A stretch of 64,000 nucleotides of DNA from Promethearchaeota archaeon (GTDB taxonomy: Archaea > Asgardarchaeota > Heimdallarchaeia > Hodarchaeales > Hodarchaeaceae). The DNA is taken from NCBI GenBank assembly GCA_048938105.1, contig JBHLMN010000006.1, forward strand, positions 96,001-160,000, given 5' to 3'. Under the pieces are notes generated by a model. The model saw only the letters and a program-made list of their open reading frames with translations, had not been told where the DNA came from and did no database searches. The translations under genes and the position numbers were made by a program. This document shows, piece after piece, positions 9,659 to 20,584 of the stretch. Positions within the stretch are counted from its first letter, which is position 1; every line of letters begins with the position of its first letter.

Positions 9659-11758
9659 TTACATTTTAATGCCTTTTAGATGATTAAATATATTTGATAA
9701 AATTTCTTCTAGGTTTACTAAAGGATCTCGGTTATAATTTTCAGCAATTTTTGGTAGAAACATTGAGAAAATTTCTTCCCAAGTGGCTACATTCTGGTTT
9801 TGCATTGGAGATGTCGAACTATCTTCTACCTTCCTGATTACCTCCAGTTCTAAGCTCTTCCAATCCATTGATTCCTTTAAGTGTATTTTCGTAGGTGTTT
9901 TCCGACAAATAAGTATAATATCAAAATTTCTTCCTTTAACAGGCCGGGCACGAAACTCACTCTGAACTGGAAATGCTGCAGTTATCTGAAACAAGCTACA
10001 CTTTAATGCCTCAAGAATCATCATCCATGCTGTAACATTAGAGTGGTGAAAAGTAAAAACCATTGGAGCATCTGGTTTTAACACTTTATAACATTCTTGA
10101 AAGATTCTTGTTATTTTTTCAAGGAATTTTTCTTTTTCTCGTGATGTACTCACTTCTCGATCGGTAGGGATGAGAGCTGAACGAAAAAAAGGATATTGAG
10201 AGGTTAAGACTATCTTAAGCCAGACATAGAAAAAATTTGCCAATTCAGAGTATTGAATATAATTAAAATAAGGAGGATCGGTCACTATAATATCAACAGA
10301 AGCCTGAGGAATACCCAATCTCTGAAGATTTTCTGAAGTGTCAGCTATAAGTAAAGTATCAGCTTTAGAACCTGCTTGTAACATCTGAAAAGTTTCAACT
10401 GAATTGGCCTCAATTTTATCTGCAGCAATGGGTATCCTTACAATCGTATTATTTTGAAAAGCTATTTCGAAAGGCGATTTGCAATATTCTTTTGCTTTCT
10501 TTATCCTCTCAAGGTAAGTAATGAATGTCCCATTCCCTTTTTTAGTTCCCCAGACGTTATTTTCTACATACATGGTTGGAACTAAAAAAGATTGGTAATT
10601 AAAGACGTTTACAATCTGTTTCATTGTATAGTTATAAGGACAGATAACTGTATGAAATTCTAAGCTACTTGAAAAAGCCATTAGAAGAAATTCTTTGATA
10701 TTTTGGTCTGATACTTGTGATATTGCCTTTAAAAGTAAACTTAAACTGAGTAATTGTCTTTCATTAAAGAGATCTGAAAATCGTTTGAAGCCATAATTTC
10801 TTAGATTTGATACGTTTTTCCCCTCTTCTGGTAATAGTTCTCGGGGAAATTGAAGATTATCCTCTCTTTTTCTGAATTCTCTCTGAACTTCTACAAATTT
10901 ATCTTTATCCCTCTCACTTGCTTGCTTATAATCGCGGGTTCCACACGCTTGACAGAAGAATTCAATAGCGATTTGTCTTGCTGATAAAGAATGTTCAGTT
11001 TGTTGAAGCAGCTCTAACAATCTATATTCTTTCTGACAATTAGTACAAGTGAACAGTTTCAACCGACAATTCCCCAATTTAGGAATAAAATCATGAGAAC
11101 ATGTGGGACAGGTTGACAGCTCATCAAGTTTTTCCATTGTATAAAATAAATTCTTACAACTAGGACAGATCACCATTGTAGCAGGGTCTTTTCGTTGTTT
11201 CTTACCTATGATGTAATATTTGAATAGATCTTCCTCGGAATGACAGGAAGGGCAAAAAATTGTACGTACCCAAAAAATATACATAATATCCGCATTCGAA
11301 GAGGCACAATTTGGACATACAGTTTTATAATAGGTTTTAATTTGACGACCTACACTTTGAAAGAGTTTCTCAACTTCTTGATCAAAAAGTTCAATGTTGA
11401 AAGGATCCATCTCCTTTTTCGTCGTCAACCAAGCGATTGGATTTACATCAATGCCAATTGTCTTGATTCCAAGACGATGAAGTTCGACAATAGTAGTTCC
11501 TCCACCACAGAAAGGATCTAGGGCGATTTTATCCCGAAAATCGTGATTTTGATAGAAAGCACCTTTTCCTGACCGATTTGGATCAAAAAGAACTTCTTGA
11601 CTAAATTGAGAAAGTCCTATTGCGCGTATTGTACTCCCGGGTCTGCGAGCCCAAGACTTGTGTATGGAATAGATAGGCCGATAAAATTGCCGTCTCTGTG
11701 ATTCTACTTTCGCTATTGGTTGAATAGCATCAAGAGGAAACTGTTCTTCAATTGTCAA
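9659..11758 (-). CDS. Adenine-specific DNA methyltransferase with Zn-ribbon insertion (COG1743/DUF1156-like), copy 2
   Basis: IHKSWARR, LDPFCGGGTT, DVNPIAW, CxxC pairs, TDPPYF, FTFHH; collinear paralog of 5666..7837. Confidence 0.85.
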   Translation of the reverse strand: MTIEEQFPLDAIQPIAKVESQRRQFYRPIYSIHKSWARRPGSTIRAIGLSQFSQEVLFDPNRSGKGAFYQNHDFRDKIALDPFCGGGTTIVELHRLGIKTIGIDVNPIAWLTTKKEMDPFNIELFDQEVEKLFQSVGRQIKTYYKTVCPNCASSNADIMYIFWVRTIFCPSCHSEEDLFKYYIIGKKQRKDPATMVICPSCKNLFYTMEKLDELSTCPTCSHDFIPKLGNCRLKLFTCTNCQKEYRLLELLQQTEHSLSARQIAIEFFCQACGTRDYKQASERDKDKFVEVQREFRKREDNLQFPRELLPEEGKNVSNLRNYGFKRFSDLFNERQLLSLSLLLKAISQVSDQNIKEFLLMAFSSSLEFHTVICPYNYTMKQIVNVFNYQSFLVPTMYVENNVWGTKKGNGTFITYLERIKKAKEYCKSPFEIAFQNNTIVRIPIAADKIEANSVETFQMLQAGSKADTLLIADTSENLQRLGIPQASVDIIVTDPPYFNYIQYSELANFFYVWLKIVLTSQYPFFRSALIPTDREVSTSREKEKFLEKITRIFQECYKVLKPDAPMVFTFHHSNVTAWMMILEALKCSLFQITAAFPVQSEFRARPVKGRNFDIILICRKTPTKIHLKESMDWKSLELEVIRKVEDSSTSPMQNQNVATWEEIFSMFLPKIAENYNRDPLVNLEEILSNIFNHLKGIKM

Positions 11759-11773
11759 TGAGACATCATCCGA

Positions 11774-14089
11774 TTACCTAATGAATTTGTTGAGTTCGTC
11801 GGCTAAAGTTTCATAAAGTTGGCTTAAAAAGTTAGAATCATGGTTAAGAGTCAATATGTCACAAATTTTCTCATCTAGTAGAAATCTAATGTAGTTCTTG
11901 TTATTCTTTGCTTCAATGATTTGTTGATAAAATGATGGGAGTTGGTTTGATTCGAGGATAAATTGATCAAAAATCAGTAGCAACTCTTTTCGATCCGTTT
12001 GTGTCACTTTTCGGGGATTTAAGCAAAAGAAATTCCGCATATCTGTTCCAAAGATCTGTCCGAGGGCTCCAGTCTTTTCTCTACGTAATGCGAAATAAGT
12101 TAAAAGAAATACAGAACTATTCAGGTAAGCCGAAAGAATTTTATCGTTCTCTTCATCAAAAGTTCTAATAAATATGAAATTATCCGTGAGGATAACAGGA
12201 TTGGGAGAGTAATAGGCTATAATATTGTTACTTGACAGGCTGAGCTCATGAGTTAGAGCAACTCTTGCTATTTTCCTCCCCTTTTTAATATGCTTGTAGG
12301 TTAATGCTTTAAATCCTCTTTTGTGAAATTTTTGTTCACCCCATCTTATATAATCCTCAACAGCATTTTCTATTGTATTGTCGTCAGGAATCACGACAAT
12401 ATAATCAGATATTTCTGGAATGATCTGTTTATAATGAGAGGATTTCCTTAATACAGGAGCAATATATTTACGTGACACTTTCAGAACAGAGTTATTTTCA
12501 ATGTTCTGTATTTTAATCCAGTCGCACGATTCGTTAATAATTTTCCAGTATTTATTTGGCAGGTAGAAGAAATCCGAAATCCCAGCACGAAGACCTCGAT
12601 CCGCATCATACCTTGGTGTCTTCACTACTTGAACTACTTGCTTTATCATCTCTAGTTGTCTTACTTGTTCAAATAACTTAAAGAATGTTTGATTGAAGAA
12701 ATAAATTGTCCAATTCATTTGTACTGTTTCTTTTAAGATTTTATTTGAAATATTACGGATTCTAAGATATGAATCCTCATAGTCTTCTGTAGTTTCAGCG
12801 ATTTTTTTTGTTAAATTCAGGATTTCTTTCCTCAATAATTCCTTCTTTAATACTACAAATTTCGTTTTTGATTTAGCTTTTTTGCTTTTTTTAGCAATGA
12901 AGAGGATTTCTTTGAATGCACACTGTTCTGAAAATGTTATTTGGGCTTCTGAAGTAATGATATATTGAAAAGTGAATTTTGATAAAAGAAAACTAAGGAT
13001 AGGTTTCATTGTGTAAGAATTGATAAAAGAAAGTGGTAATACAAAAGCAAGAATACCATTTTCTTTCAATAATCTCAATGAATCCAGAAGAAAATAAGCG
13101 TACAATCCTAAATATTTCTTATTATAAACCAACATTATCTCGTGGTTACGAAGATGTCCCTCTAAGAAGTCTTTATACTCACTATCTAAACGATCAGCTC
13201 GCGTAAAGGGAGGATTCCCAAGAAGTATATCTACATTAGGTATTTTTAATTCCGGGTCTTCTGCTTTTTGATCCATATTAAGTTTAAAGACGTCAAGAAT
13301 AGCAATCTGACTGGTATCCAAAGGATACATAGGATCCTGCAGGGTTAGATTTATTCCAGCAAGCTGAGCTGCAAAGACAGATACATCAATCCCATAAAGG
13401 TTCTGTAAAATTTGGGAATGACTTAACTCTGCATTTAGCTCCTTTAAGCGACGATAAGCGCTCACTAACAGTGTTCCAGACCCACAAGCAGGATCAAGAA
13501 TCTTAACTTGGGTATTTTTTATTGCTAAATGTGTTAAAAAAATACTAGCAACATTTGATGTATAATACGCAGCTAAAAATTTACGAAGCTTAAAAGGAAT
13601 TAATCCGTGGAATATCTTCCCTAAAACGTCTGATGTGAACTTGTGTAATTGAAATGGAAGTAACACCTTTAACACACGATTCAAGGTGGGGACTGATTCT
13701 TCTGGGAGTAGTTCCACGATACGAGCATTAAAAATAGTTCTATTGTTTGTACTGGTAATTAATCCATCAAAAAGTACTTGCATTTGCTTAGTATCTTTTA
13801 TTGTGTTCATTTCTAAGGAATTTTCTTCATTATTTCTGGATAAAATAAGGTAAAAAAAGATTTGAGTGACTATTACGAATGCAGCAGCTCGGACAATAGC
13901 TTTTTCCAGTTCTTTTTTCCCTTTCTCTGATCGAGTGACTTTATTATCTACAACACGCGCATAAAAGAATCCAAGTGGTTGTTCTAGCTTTCTAAATCCA
14001 ACTTCTTTAGTGAAGGTTTCGATTTCATCTACAGCATTCATCAAAGCCTTTAGAATTTCTTCTTCAGTAGAATGCTCTAATTCCTTCAA
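11774..14089 (-). CDS. N6-adenine DNA methyltransferase, gamma class (Eco57I/Type IIG-like M plus target-recognition region; no evident nuclease domain)
   Basis: AAYYT, ILDPACGSGTLL, GNPPF, LAFVLP; C-terminal SAYLNSS helix typical of TaqI-C-like region. Confidence 0.8.
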   Translation of the reverse strand: MKELEHSTEEEILKALMNAVDEIETFTKEVGFRKLEQPLGFFYARVVDNKVTRSEKGKKELEKAIVRAAAFVIVTQIFFYLILSRNNEENSLEMNTIKDTKQMQVLFDGLITSTNNRTIFNARIVELLPEESVPTLNRVLKVLLPFQLHKFTSDVLGKIFHGLIPFKLRKFLAAYYTSNVASIFLTHLAIKNTQVKILDPACGSGTLLVSAYRRLKELNAELSHSQILQNLYGIDVSVFAAQLAGINLTLQDPMYPLDTSQIAILDVFKLNMDQKAEDPELKIPNVDILLGNPPFTRADRLDSEYKDFLEGHLRNHEIMLVYNKKYLGLYAYFLLDSLRLLKENGILAFVLPLSFINSYTMKPILSFLLSKFTFQYIITSEAQITFSEQCAFKEILFIAKKSKKAKSKTKFVVLKKELLRKEILNLTKKIAETTEDYEDSYLRIRNISNKILKETVQMNWTIYFFNQTFFKLFEQVRQLEMIKQVVQVVKTPRYDADRGLRAGISDFFYLPNKYWKIINESCDWIKIQNIENNSVLKVSRKYIAPVLRKSSHYKQIIPEISDYIVVIPDDNTIENAVEDYIRWGEQKFHKRGFKALTYKHIKKGRKIARVALTHELSLSSNNIIAYYSPNPVILTDNFIFIRTFDEENDKILSAYLNSSVFLLTYFALRREKTGALGQIFGTDMRNFFCLNPRKVTQTDRKELLLIFDQFILESNQLPSFYQQIIEAKNNKNYIRFLLDEKICDILTLNHDSNFLSQLYETLADELNKFIR

Positions 14090-14271
14090 TTATGGCCACT
14101 TCTGCCTTTTTAAACCAAGTGTAAGCGAATTTAACATAAGAATGTTGCTAAAATGAATTAGATTATACAATTTTAACCAGAATTTCTTATAATATTTCTC
14201 TCTAGAAAACGTTTTCAAATTTATGTAATGAACAGTAATATCAGGCGTGAACATCCTGTTAGGTGTGACTG

Positions 14272-15174
14272 ATGGATGTGGCAGTTCTTCCTCTCACTAG
14301 AGAATATTACTTACCCTTGGAGAAGATTTACATCCAAATCGTTGGTGATTTTTCTAGTCCAGAAGATCTAAACAACTTCCGTCGGTATATCCGTTATAGA
14401 TCAGATCTAGTCAAAATAGCAATTCATAATTCAAGAATCATTGGATATATTATTGGTAATCAAAGTAGTTCCCTAAAACCAGGGATTTTTTCTCTTTATG
14501 TTGTCCCTGATTTTCGAAAACGTCAAATTGGGAGTAAACTCCTCCATAAACTAGAGAGGGAGTTCACTATGGGGAAACCTAATTTACAATATCTTTCTGT
14601 TCGAATTCCTGAGTCATTTTTTGATTCAAAGGTTTTTTTTCTGAAACAAGGATTTGATGTGATAACAACGATTAATTGTTATGCCAAGGATAATCTTTCT
14701 TTTCCATACCAAGTTAATCCTAAAATTGAAATCAGGTCAGCTACAAAGAAGGACCTCATTGATCTTATTAAATTGGAAAAAATTTGTTTTTCAGACTACT
14801 GGCAAAAAAATTCTGACGATTTCAAAAAAGAAATCGAATCTACGACAAATTCCTTGCTTTTAGCTTTGATTGAGGGGAAACTTGTAGGATATAACTCCAA
14901 CTCAGTATCTATAAACAGAATGGAAGGGATTTATGCTCGTATTGCCACACTTCCGCAATTTCGTAAGCAACATGTTGCAACAAGTCTCACTGTTAAGGCA
15001 TTTCAATGGTTTAGAAAACAAAAGGTTCAAAAAATTTTGTTAACGACATTTGCTGATAGTGAAATTCATAATATAATGTATAAAGGTTGGGGTTTTAAAT
15101 TTATTGAACAAGAATTGATTATGGCTAAAAAATTCAAAGGGTTGATTCCTGACATCACTAACAAAGTATCTTAA
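14272..15174 (+). CDS. Tandem GNAT acetyltransferase
   Basis: Two acetyl-CoA motifs: VVPDFRKRQIGSKLL and TLPQFRKQHVATSL. Confidence 0.85.
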   Translation: MDVAVLPLTREYYLPLEKIYIQIVGDFSSPEDLNNFRRYIRYRSDLVKIAIHNSRIIGYIIGNQSSSLKPGIFSLYVVPDFRKRQIGSKLLHKLEREFTMGKPNLQYLSVRIPESFFDSKVFFLKQGFDVITTINCYAKDNLSFPYQVNPKIEIRSATKKDLIDLIKLEKICFSDYWQKNSDDFKKEIESTTNSLLLALIEGKLVGYNSNSVSINRMEGIYARIATLPQFRKQHVATSLTVKAFQWFRKQKVQKILLTTFADSEIHNIMYKGWGFKFIEQELIMAKKFKGLIPDITNKVS

Positions 15175-15277
15175 AACAGAAGAACAATAATTAGTTCAAG
15201 AAAATCAAATTTAAAACCTTCAAGATAATTTCGAAATAAGGAATAAGGAATTAATACTTATACTTTAGTGATTTATT

Positions 15278-15874
15278 TTGGCAATTGGTAAAGATCAAGC
15301 GCTTACACAGGGCAGATTTTATCCCTCTTCCGATAAGAAAGTTATTTATCAGTGCGCGCTAAACAACACAACTGGATTTCTCAAAGATATCACCATTTTC
15401 TCTGTTCTCATTGGATTTTTTACTTTTCTAATTATGCAGTCCTTAGCGTTTTTAGCTGTGCTTCTTTCGTGGATAATTATTGTTCCGTGGCTTACTCCAA
15501 AGCATTATAAATTCCTACAAATAGATAAGCATGTAATAACTTATGGGACTGGATCGATCTTTGCATTACTTCGATCCAAGATGAAGACAATCTATATTTT
15601 GGAAAGAAATAGATACAGGGATATTCATTATCTTCGACTCGATCGCTGGATAAGAAAAAAGTTTGGTGGTAAAATGGACAGCTTTGGTCGTGTCCAAATC
15701 AAAGTTAATAATTCTAAACCTATATTCCATATGCTCATTGAATCAACAGACTTTACAAAACTCGTGAAAATCTTAGAAGCTCATCGGTTTGATTCAAAGG
15801 TTCAAAAAACATTATCCCGTGGAGAATTAATGCTCATATTCCCATCTTCTCCTCGTTATACTACTACAGCGTAA
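15278..15874 (+). CDS. Hypothetical membrane protein (2 TM plus beta-rich soluble domain)
   Basis: Hydrophobic hairpin at about aa 38-72 followed by a basic soluble region. Confidence 0.55.
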   Translation: MAIGKDQALTQGRFYPSSDKKVIYQCALNNTTGFLKDITIFSVLIGFFTFLIMQSLAFLAVLLSWIIIVPWLTPKHYKFLQIDKHVITYGTGSIFALLRSKMKTIYILERNRYRDIHYLRLDRWIRKKFGGKMDSFGRVQIKVNNSKPIFHMLIESTDFTKLVKILEAHRFDSKVQKTLSRGELMLIFPSSPRYTTTA

Positions 15875-15944
15875 GATCTAATAACAAATTAGTGATGAAT
15901 AATATCACAAAGAAAAAGGAATGATCTTCTGTTTCTTTCTGTTA

Positions 15945-18900
15945 CTACTTTTGTCTTGAAGCCAATTTCCGAACAACTATAAATGCAACGACGATTGTAA
16001 GAAAGAGGACAAGCCGAAGACCAAGAGGAGGCGAGGGAGGGGAAGGTAATTCATTCTGGATATTAAAGATGTCATCAGAGACATCATCAGCTTGTAAACC
16101 ATCTACACCTTCAGCAATAACTTTAAAGAGATATGAACCATCAGGAACATTAGTAGTATTCCAATCAAAAGTATATATAATGATATTTAGAGTAATATCA
16201 CCTCCTGAGGTTGTAGCGAATCGAATCCACGATTGACCATTATTTGATGAATAATAAAATGTATAATAGACTGGATATTCTCGATAATCGATCGCAGATT
16301 TCCAACGCACAGGTATTGTACCATTGAGGAGTTCTCCACCATTTGGAAACACTAATAATAGCCCTACTAATTCATATGGAGGTTGAATTGAAGATTGAAG
16401 TGGATTTTGGTCTTGGTTGTTTGAAGTACCATCAATGGAGTACGGGGTGTCTATAATACCATTAGTATCCACATCTAGAGACAAAACAATCACTTCTTGC
16501 CAGTAATTTAAAGAAAAAACATTGTTTTCCCCGTCGTCTGAAGCTTGAGATTTTCCATCAGGATTATTCCTAATAAAATCGTTCCATTTAATCTTATTTC
16601 TTCTAGAATATACATTAAGTGAAACTCCATAATCGTTATTGTTGGAGATAATATTGCTATAGATATCACAATCATTAGAGTTCCCAACAAGAATTCCATG
16701 TCTATCATTTTCATCTATAGTGTTCATGATAATATTGATTTCCTGACTCTCCTGTAAATAGATTCCGTATGCACCACTGTGGATAATAGTATTATTGAGA
16801 ACATTACAATCATAAGAATTTCTAATATGGATCCCGATCCAAACATTATAGGAAACAATATTACCAGAAATAGTACTGTATGAAGAGTCATGAATCTCTA
16901 GTCCTGATCCTTCATTTCTATTCAAGTCATTAAATGAAATATCACTTCCATCGCTATCGTCTATATAGATTCCACCTCCTCCATTGCTAGAAATAGTGTT
17001 GTTGAAGATGTTACAGTCACCAGATAACGTAAGATAAATACCCATCCACCCGTTAAAAGTAATGAAGTTACCAGAAAGTGTATTATTTTCAGAAGAGTCT
17101 AAATAAATTCCAAATTCATCGTTATCCGACACATTATTCCCTATAATCGTGTTCCCACTGGAAAAAAGAAGTGAAATTCCACTTCTACTATTACTTAATA
17201 AGTTGTTTCTTAGGATAGACAAATTAAAGCTTAAAATAGCTAGTAAACCGACAACACCATTCACCAGATTTTGATTCGTAACTGTCATATCGCTACAATT
17301 GACCAAAATGACTTGCCCTGCTCCACTAGGAATGGTTCCCCCTGATCTATCCTCCCAAAAAATGATTGGTTTTCCATTTATGGTATTATTGGTTACAAAT
17401 CTTTGAGAGAAATGCCCAAGGTGATCTCCATTAATATAAAAGTCATTATTTACTAGGTTATTTTCTACAATGATATTATTCCCCGAGTAATACAATGCAA
17501 TTCCAATCCCATCATTGTTAGAAACAGTATTATTCACCAGCACACTGTCCCAAGACTCATAAAACTCAATTCCTGACCAAAGGTTATTATAAATGAGATT
17601 GTTAGAGAGATTACTTCTCATAGAATGTTGGAGTTCAATTCCAATTCCATCATTTCTAAAAACGATATTATCAACAACTATACCACGTCCAGACTCATAA
17701 AACTCAATTCCTGATCCACTGTTATTGTGAATAAGATTGCTAGCGAGATAACAGCTCTCAGAGTTAACAAGTTCAATTCCAATTCCCTCATTATCGAAAA
17801 CGATATTATCAACGAGTGCACCACCCCTAGACTCATATAACTCAATTCCTGACCCACCGTTATTGTGAATAATATTGCTAGCGAGATAACAGCTCTCAGA
17901 GTTATCAAGTTCAATTCCGATTTCCCCATTGTTGAAAATAGAATTATTGACAAACACGCTATTCTCTGATTCATAGAGATAAATACCTCTCCACGTATTG
18001 TTAAATATGATATTATCAGTTAGATTGCTTTCCTTTGATGCCCAGAGGCTAATTCCATTCTCGTTATTGAAAATAGTGTTATTGACTACTTCATTTATCC
18101 CTGAGTTATCAAGTCCAATTCCATTCTCGTTATTGAAAATAGTGTTATTGACTACTTCACTTATACCTGAGTTATCAAGTCCAATTCCATACCCGTTTTT
18201 AGATATGATATTCCCGAGAATAATGCTTTTGTTTGAGTTGAATAGCCTAATTCCGCTTCCATCCCACCCATACCACCACCAGTTAAAATGGCTATTACTG
18301 GAGATCAAGTTATTCGAAATGATGCAGCTCTCAGAATTCCAAAGATATAATCCGCCTCTGGAATTATTGGAGATAATACTCCTAGTTATATTACTATTCT
18401 CCACTGTATTCAGAAATATTCCGTACCTACTGTTGTTTGAAATATTGTTATTGGAGATAACCAATTGAGAACTCGAAATCGCTATCAGTCCAGATGTGAC
18501 ATTTGAAAGGTTTTGATTGGAAATCGTTATATTAGTGCAATTCACTAAAAAGACCTGACCAGCCTCATCAGGGACGGTTTTATCAGTCATATTTTGCCAG
18601 AAAATTATTGATTTCCCGTTGATTGTGTTATTCGTCACTTCTAACTGACCATAGTCCTCAAACATCCCCTCATCAATGTCTATTCCATTATTTATCAGAA
18701 TATTGTCTTTGATCGTGTTATTTGGAGATTCATAAAGAGAAATTCCTGATTCTTTGTTATTGGAAATGACATTAGTGGAGATTGAACTAGATCCCGATCT
18801 TTCAAGGTAGATTCCAGTTCTACCGTTTTCAAGCAGGACATTATCTGAAATAGTACTTGCCGCGCTTTTCAATAAGAAAATTCCATCCTCCCAATTGCAT

Positions 18901-19901
18901 GAAATAGTGTTGTTCCAGATTGATAACTTAGGACTGGAAATTGCAAATATACCAGATGAAACTTCTGATAGATTTTGATTGGAAACCGTGATATTCGCAC
19001 AATTCACCAATATAACTTGGCCTGCTCCACTAGGAACGATTTTATCAGTCATATTTTGCCAAAAAATTAACTTTTTCCCGTTGATCGTGTTATTTGCTAT
19101 TTCTGTCTGAAAATATCGATCAGCTTCCCATCTATCAACATCAAAACTACAATTCACTAGAATATTATTTATTATCCTATTGTTTGCAGAATGAGAAAGC
19201 CAGATTCCAGACTCTTCGATGTTGATAAGAAAATTGTTTGTTATCTCACAGTTCTCTGAGTCTAAAATGTTAATTCCAACACTACTATCAGTTACAGTAT
19301 TGTATGACACGTTGATGTTCCATGAGTGCCAGAGCTCAATTCCAGACGACCATCAAGAAGAGTTAGTAGTTAGAGTGTTATTATTCAAGACAATGTCTCC
19401 TGACCATGCAAGAATTATACCAGAGTAGCTGTTGTTTACTATATAAGTATTGTAGACATGCACATTCCTCACATTTTCAAGGAGAATCCCGTTACTTCCT
19501 CCGCTAATGATGCAATTTCTTATGTGAAAATGACGATTAGTATTGGAAATTGCTATTATGTCACCCCAATGCTCTGGCGTGGGATTAATATGATAGTTCT
19601 CTAAAATATACGGATCTGATCGAGAGCCACTCCCTGGAAAGTCGTAAATACCGCTAAACTCGTCATTATTATCGATATGAATGGGGCCACGCTGGTCATA
19701 CTTTGTAGATAGATTCGGAGGAAGATTTTGGGATATAGTTTGGAAATCATGCGATGACTGGGTCGAAGATTCTCCCCTCATCTTTTGAACCATTAGGTTG
19801 CTGGTTTTTCCCTCAGTTATGTGAATAGAATACGAAAACGGTTCAATAAAGGTGATTAATAAGAATACAACCAAGAATTCCCCTTTTTGGTTAATTTTCA
19901 T
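15945..19901 (-). pseudogene. Large NosD/right-handed beta-helix surface protein with Ig-like domain and C-terminal TM anchor, interrupted by one in-frame TGA at 19353-19355 (ORFs 19353..19901 and 15945..19310)
   Basis: The frame continues across the stop: NNTLTTNSS*WSSGIELWHSWNINVSYNTVTDSS. The signal peptide and N-cap (GPIHIDNN...GSGSRSDPYILEN) are in the upstream ORF; PbH1 repeats, the PNGGE...DWNTTNVPDGSY domain and TM+RK tail are in the downstream ORF. Confidence 0.75.
18051..18190. repeat. 66-bp intragenic tandem duplication (2 units plus partial) encoding 22-aa beta-helix rungs
   Basis: Units 18051-18116 and 18117-18182 differ at 2 positions; protein GIGLDNSGI(S/N)EVVNNTIFNNEN twice. 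Confidence 0.9.
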
Positions 19902-19958
19902 TGTGTGAACCGTATTCTATTATTTAACCTTCTACCTAGAGATGAACCTCTTAAGTCC

Positions 19959-20432
19959 TCATTTTATGCCTTTGGCAATATGTTCAGCGTCATGAGTGGA
20001 AAGATCATCAATTTGTAGCGCAAAAGGATGTAAGAGTCCCCTGTTATCAGACCACAACTTTCCAAATTCCCTGAAGACTCTTTGACGACTTTGTATGAAA
20101 TATTCACGAACAGTTTCTAAAGAAAGATGTTTCTTTTCGTTGATTATTTGATTATTCCAACGATTTACGAATTTCATTTGCTCTTCTTGCTTATAATCAG
20201 AAAATCGACAAAACCTCGGAATATAGGGTTCTTCATGTATCTGACTTTTCAGAATGTTTAAATACTCCTCATCCCACGCTTGAAGATGAATCATTAGTTC
20301 TTTTAGATTCCAACCATTTGATGCACACCAGTCAGGGTGGAGGTTTAAAATTCTCTCAGTGGAATTCTTTAGAGCTTTTATTTTAGATAACCATTCTTCC
20401 TTACTTATCTGACTTTGATTCAAATAATGCAC
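19959..20432 (-). CDS. DinB/YfiT-like four-helix bundle protein
   Basis: WNLKELMIHLQAWD and C-terminal HDAEH metal-binding motifs. Confidence 0.7.
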   Translation of the reverse strand: MHYLNQSQISKEEWLSKIKALKNSTERILNLHPDWCASNGWNLKELMIHLQAWDEEYLNILKSQIHEEPYIPRFCRFSDYKQEEQMKFVNRWNNQIINEKKHLSLETVREYFIQSRQRVFREFGKLWSDNRGLLHPFALQIDDLSTHDAEHIAKGIK

Positions 20433-20528
20433 AACTTTTATACGTATATTAAGAGTATGCTATCCTTGTGAAACTTATATAATCCTAAAATATGATATGT
20501 ACGAAAATGTTTTTATTTTCTTCAATTT

Positions 20529-20563
20529 AAAAAAAGGAGGAATTGTTTGCACTAACAATTCCT
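20529..20563 (-). terminator. Hairpin plus T-tract terminator downstream of the SBBP gene
   Basis: Perfect 10-bp stem AGGAATTGTT (20538-20547)/AACAATTCCT (20554-20563) with 6-nt loop, followed on the minus strand by CC and a T7 run. Confidence 0.65.
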
Positions 20564-20584
20564 TAACATGTGAGCTTTCTTGAT

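Noticed and set aside
5666-14089. Complete restriction-modification or BREX/DISARM system
   Set aside because: No endonuclease, helicase, ATPase or PglZ gene is recognisable nearby.
15875-15944. Possible SECIS for the in-frame TGA of the beta-helix gene
   Set aside because: Only a 5-bp GTGAT/ATCAC hairpin; no convincing SECIS core, and the TGA is not in a redox motif.
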